DNA of 26,178 nt, taken from the NCBI GenBank assembly GCA_965657355.1, contig CBFHOE010000012.1, positions 56,760-82,937 of the forward strand, read 5' to 3'. A program made the position numbers and the translations under genes. The DNA comes from Limisphaerales bacterium. GTDB taxonomy: Bacteria; Verrucomicrobiota; Verrucomicrobiia; Limisphaerales; JAJOIW01. Shown in pieces: positions 24,611-26,178 of this stretch (positions within the stretch are counted from its first letter, which is position 1; every line of letters begins with the position of its first letter). The notes under the pieces were generated by a model, which worked only from the letters and a program-made list of their open reading frames with translations, searched no databases and was not told where the DNA came from.

Positions 24611-26178
24611 CTACAGCTCATTTATTCTTGAAAGGAACCCAGTAGTAGAGAATTGGATATACCAAACAATATCGGATGTGGTTTTTGTATATTTATTCTC
24701 TACCGCCTTCATGTCTGGAATCAAATACTTTGCTTTGTGTCCCAACATTTCGGTAGTTCTTGCCGCAAAAAGAACTGTCAAATCATCTTCACTATGGAGG
24801 TGCCCTCTTAATGTATCGAATGCCTTTTCAATGTCCCCAGAGTCATGCCTGATCAATGCTGAAGCAGCGGTGAGGGAGATGTTGACGTGCTGTGAATCTA
24901 ATAACCCATTAAGAGTGGTAATTGCTTTTCCATTCAGTTTCGACAAGGATGACAGGGCAATAGCTCCCCAATAGGAAATTCCGGCATCCTTAGAATTTGC
25001 TGATTTAATTATTTTTTGAACATTTGTTGTGCCAACTAAATCTGCCGCAGCCATGTGGCCTAAAGGGGAATATTTTGTTTCTTTAGCCCAGTCGTAAGGA
25101 GGTTTTGTTGAGGCGATACGAGCCAATTCTAATTCCGGAATAAAACCAAGGTCCTTTGATCTTACCAAGTATTCACGATGAGCCTCTCTCATTTCGGATA
25201 ATATTTTTTTATGTAAAGGAGAGTTTGCGAGGTTGAAAAGGTTTTGTGGGTCTGCAACGCAATCATATAGTTCTTCTTTGGCTTTTGTTGGCCCGACAAA
25301 GTGAAATTGGGCAGCAGATAATTTGAGGCCTTGTACGTCCTTTCCTATTTTGTAGAATTCATGATTGATTTCGCCTTGGTCTGGCCAGGCGCTTTGCTGG
25401 TTCCAGGATAGGTTAGGCATATAGTTTCGGACATAGAGGTATCTATGACTTCTAACGGATCTGCTCATATCAATCACCTCATCAATCCTGTCCCTGTGAG
25501 CAAATGCATATTTTCTTGGGGCCGCGTTATTATGGCCCAAGAATGGGATGCCTTTCATGTAGGATGGTTGTGAGATGTCAAGAAGCGAAAGGACTGTTGG
25601 ACCAAAATCCTCGAAAGTTACTAGTCGATTTATTGATGAACCATTATTGTGCGGCGCAAGGCTTTTGAATTTTTCTGGAATCTTAACCAATAGGGGAACG
25701 TGTAGACCTGAATCCAATGGGATTCTTTTGTGTCTCGGCATACCTGAACCATGGTCCGAGTAAAAAAATATGATCGTCTCTTCAAGTAAATTATCTTCGT
25801 CAAGCTGTTTAAGAAGCTCGCCTACCTTCTTGTCCATAGCCGTCACACAATCATAATATCTAGCCACTGTTTTTCTTATAATAGGTGTGTCTGGATAATA
25901 TGGGGGTATTGGAGCTAAAGTTGGATCGTGGATTTCTTCTTTGGTCAATTTGGACTGAACATCATTTTTAAATTTTTTCTCTGACCATACCATTGATCTG
26001 CTTTGGTGGGACGTCATGATATTGAAAATGGAGAAAAACGGCTGTTCATCTTTTCGGTTTCTCCAGTGGGCGGTATGACTGTTTTGATCCCAACTCGCTT
26101 CAATGATCTTATCAGCATGACCCGAGTTATAATCAGTCTTGACGTTATTTGATGTGAAATAGCCTTTGTCCCTAAGAA
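24611..26178 (-). CDS. S1-family sulfatase with C-terminal HEAT/armadillo-like helical extension, 5' end beyond the window
   Basis: The frame stays open upstream of the track start (26017) to the window edge: LRDKGYFTSNNVKTDYNSGH...AHWRNRKDEQPFFSIFNIMTSHQS. It continues with PPYYPDTP, YYDCVTAMD, FYSDHG, GLHVPL, DFGPT, RDRIDE and EELYD. The CxPxR motif lies outside the window. Tail of paired helices (SKDAGISYWGAIAL, SQHVNISLTAASAL, SEDDLTVLFAA). Confidence 0.9.
   Translation of the reverse strand, partial: LRDKGYFTSNNVKTDYNSGHADKIIEASWDQNSHTAHWRNRKDEQPFFSIFNIMTSHQSRSMVWSEKKFKNDVQSKLTKEEIHDPTLAPIPPYYPDTPIIRKTVARYYDCVTAMDKKVGELLKQLDEDNLLEETIIFFYSDHGSGMPRHKRIPLDSGLHVPLLVKIPEKFKSLAPHNNGSSINRLVTFEDFGPTVLSLLDISQPSYMKGIPFLGHNNAAPRKYAFAHRDRIDEVIDMSRSVRSHRYLYVRNYMPNLSWNQQSAWPDQGEINHEFYKIGKDVQGLKLSAAQFHFVGPTKAKEELYDCVADPQNLFNLANSPLHKKILSEMREAHREYLVRSKDLGFIPELELARIASTKPPYDWAKETKYSPLGHMAAADLVGTTNVQKIIKSANSKDAGISYWGAIALSSLSKLNGKAITTLNGLLDSQHVNISLTAASALIRHDSGDIEKAFDTLRGHLHSEDDLTVLFAARTTEMLGHKAKYLIPDMKAVENKYTKTTSDIVWYIQFSTTGFLSRINEL

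Noticed and set aside
26017..26178. Track start of the last sulfatase at 26017, suggesting a sulfatase without CxPxR or a pseudogene
   Set aside because: The frame is open to the window edge with sulfatase-like sequence, so the gene is simply cut by the window.

Overview
Bacterial chromosomal window, moderately AT-rich by eye. It is most likely from the PVC superphylum, probably Verrucomicrobiota; this is inferred from the rplY-pth-rpsF-ssb-rplI order without rpsR, the L9/S6 sequence style, and the abundance of PSCyt/PSD1, DUF1501 and sulfatase genes. Bases 1-2303 hold the end of a housekeeping operon (3' end of rplY, pth, rpsF, ssb, rplI) closed by a bidirectional terminator. Bases 2440-13185 are a long minus-strand run: sufT, tRNA-Ala(GGC), a tandem ferritin-like diiron protein, sulfatase, PSCyt/PSD1 cytochrome, DUF1501, sulfatase and a MYG1-like hydrolase. 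Bases 13255-26178 encode an exported beta-propeller resembling the dehydratase domain of aldos-2-ulose dehydratase, a membrane-bound protein with a cytochrome-b-like region, five c-type hemes and TPRs, and a CRTAC1/ASPIC-UnbV propeller divergent from it. These are followed by a second PSD1 + DUF1501 pair and a truncated sulfatase with a HEAT-like tail. I see no mobile elements, CRISPR arrays or clear pseudogenes. The best candidates for uncharacterised biology are the pentaheme/CRTAC1 pair, the AUDH-like propeller, the diiron protein, the PSD1-DUF1501 modules with different central domains, and two intergenic hairpins. All family calls come from reading motifs by eye; no searches were run.
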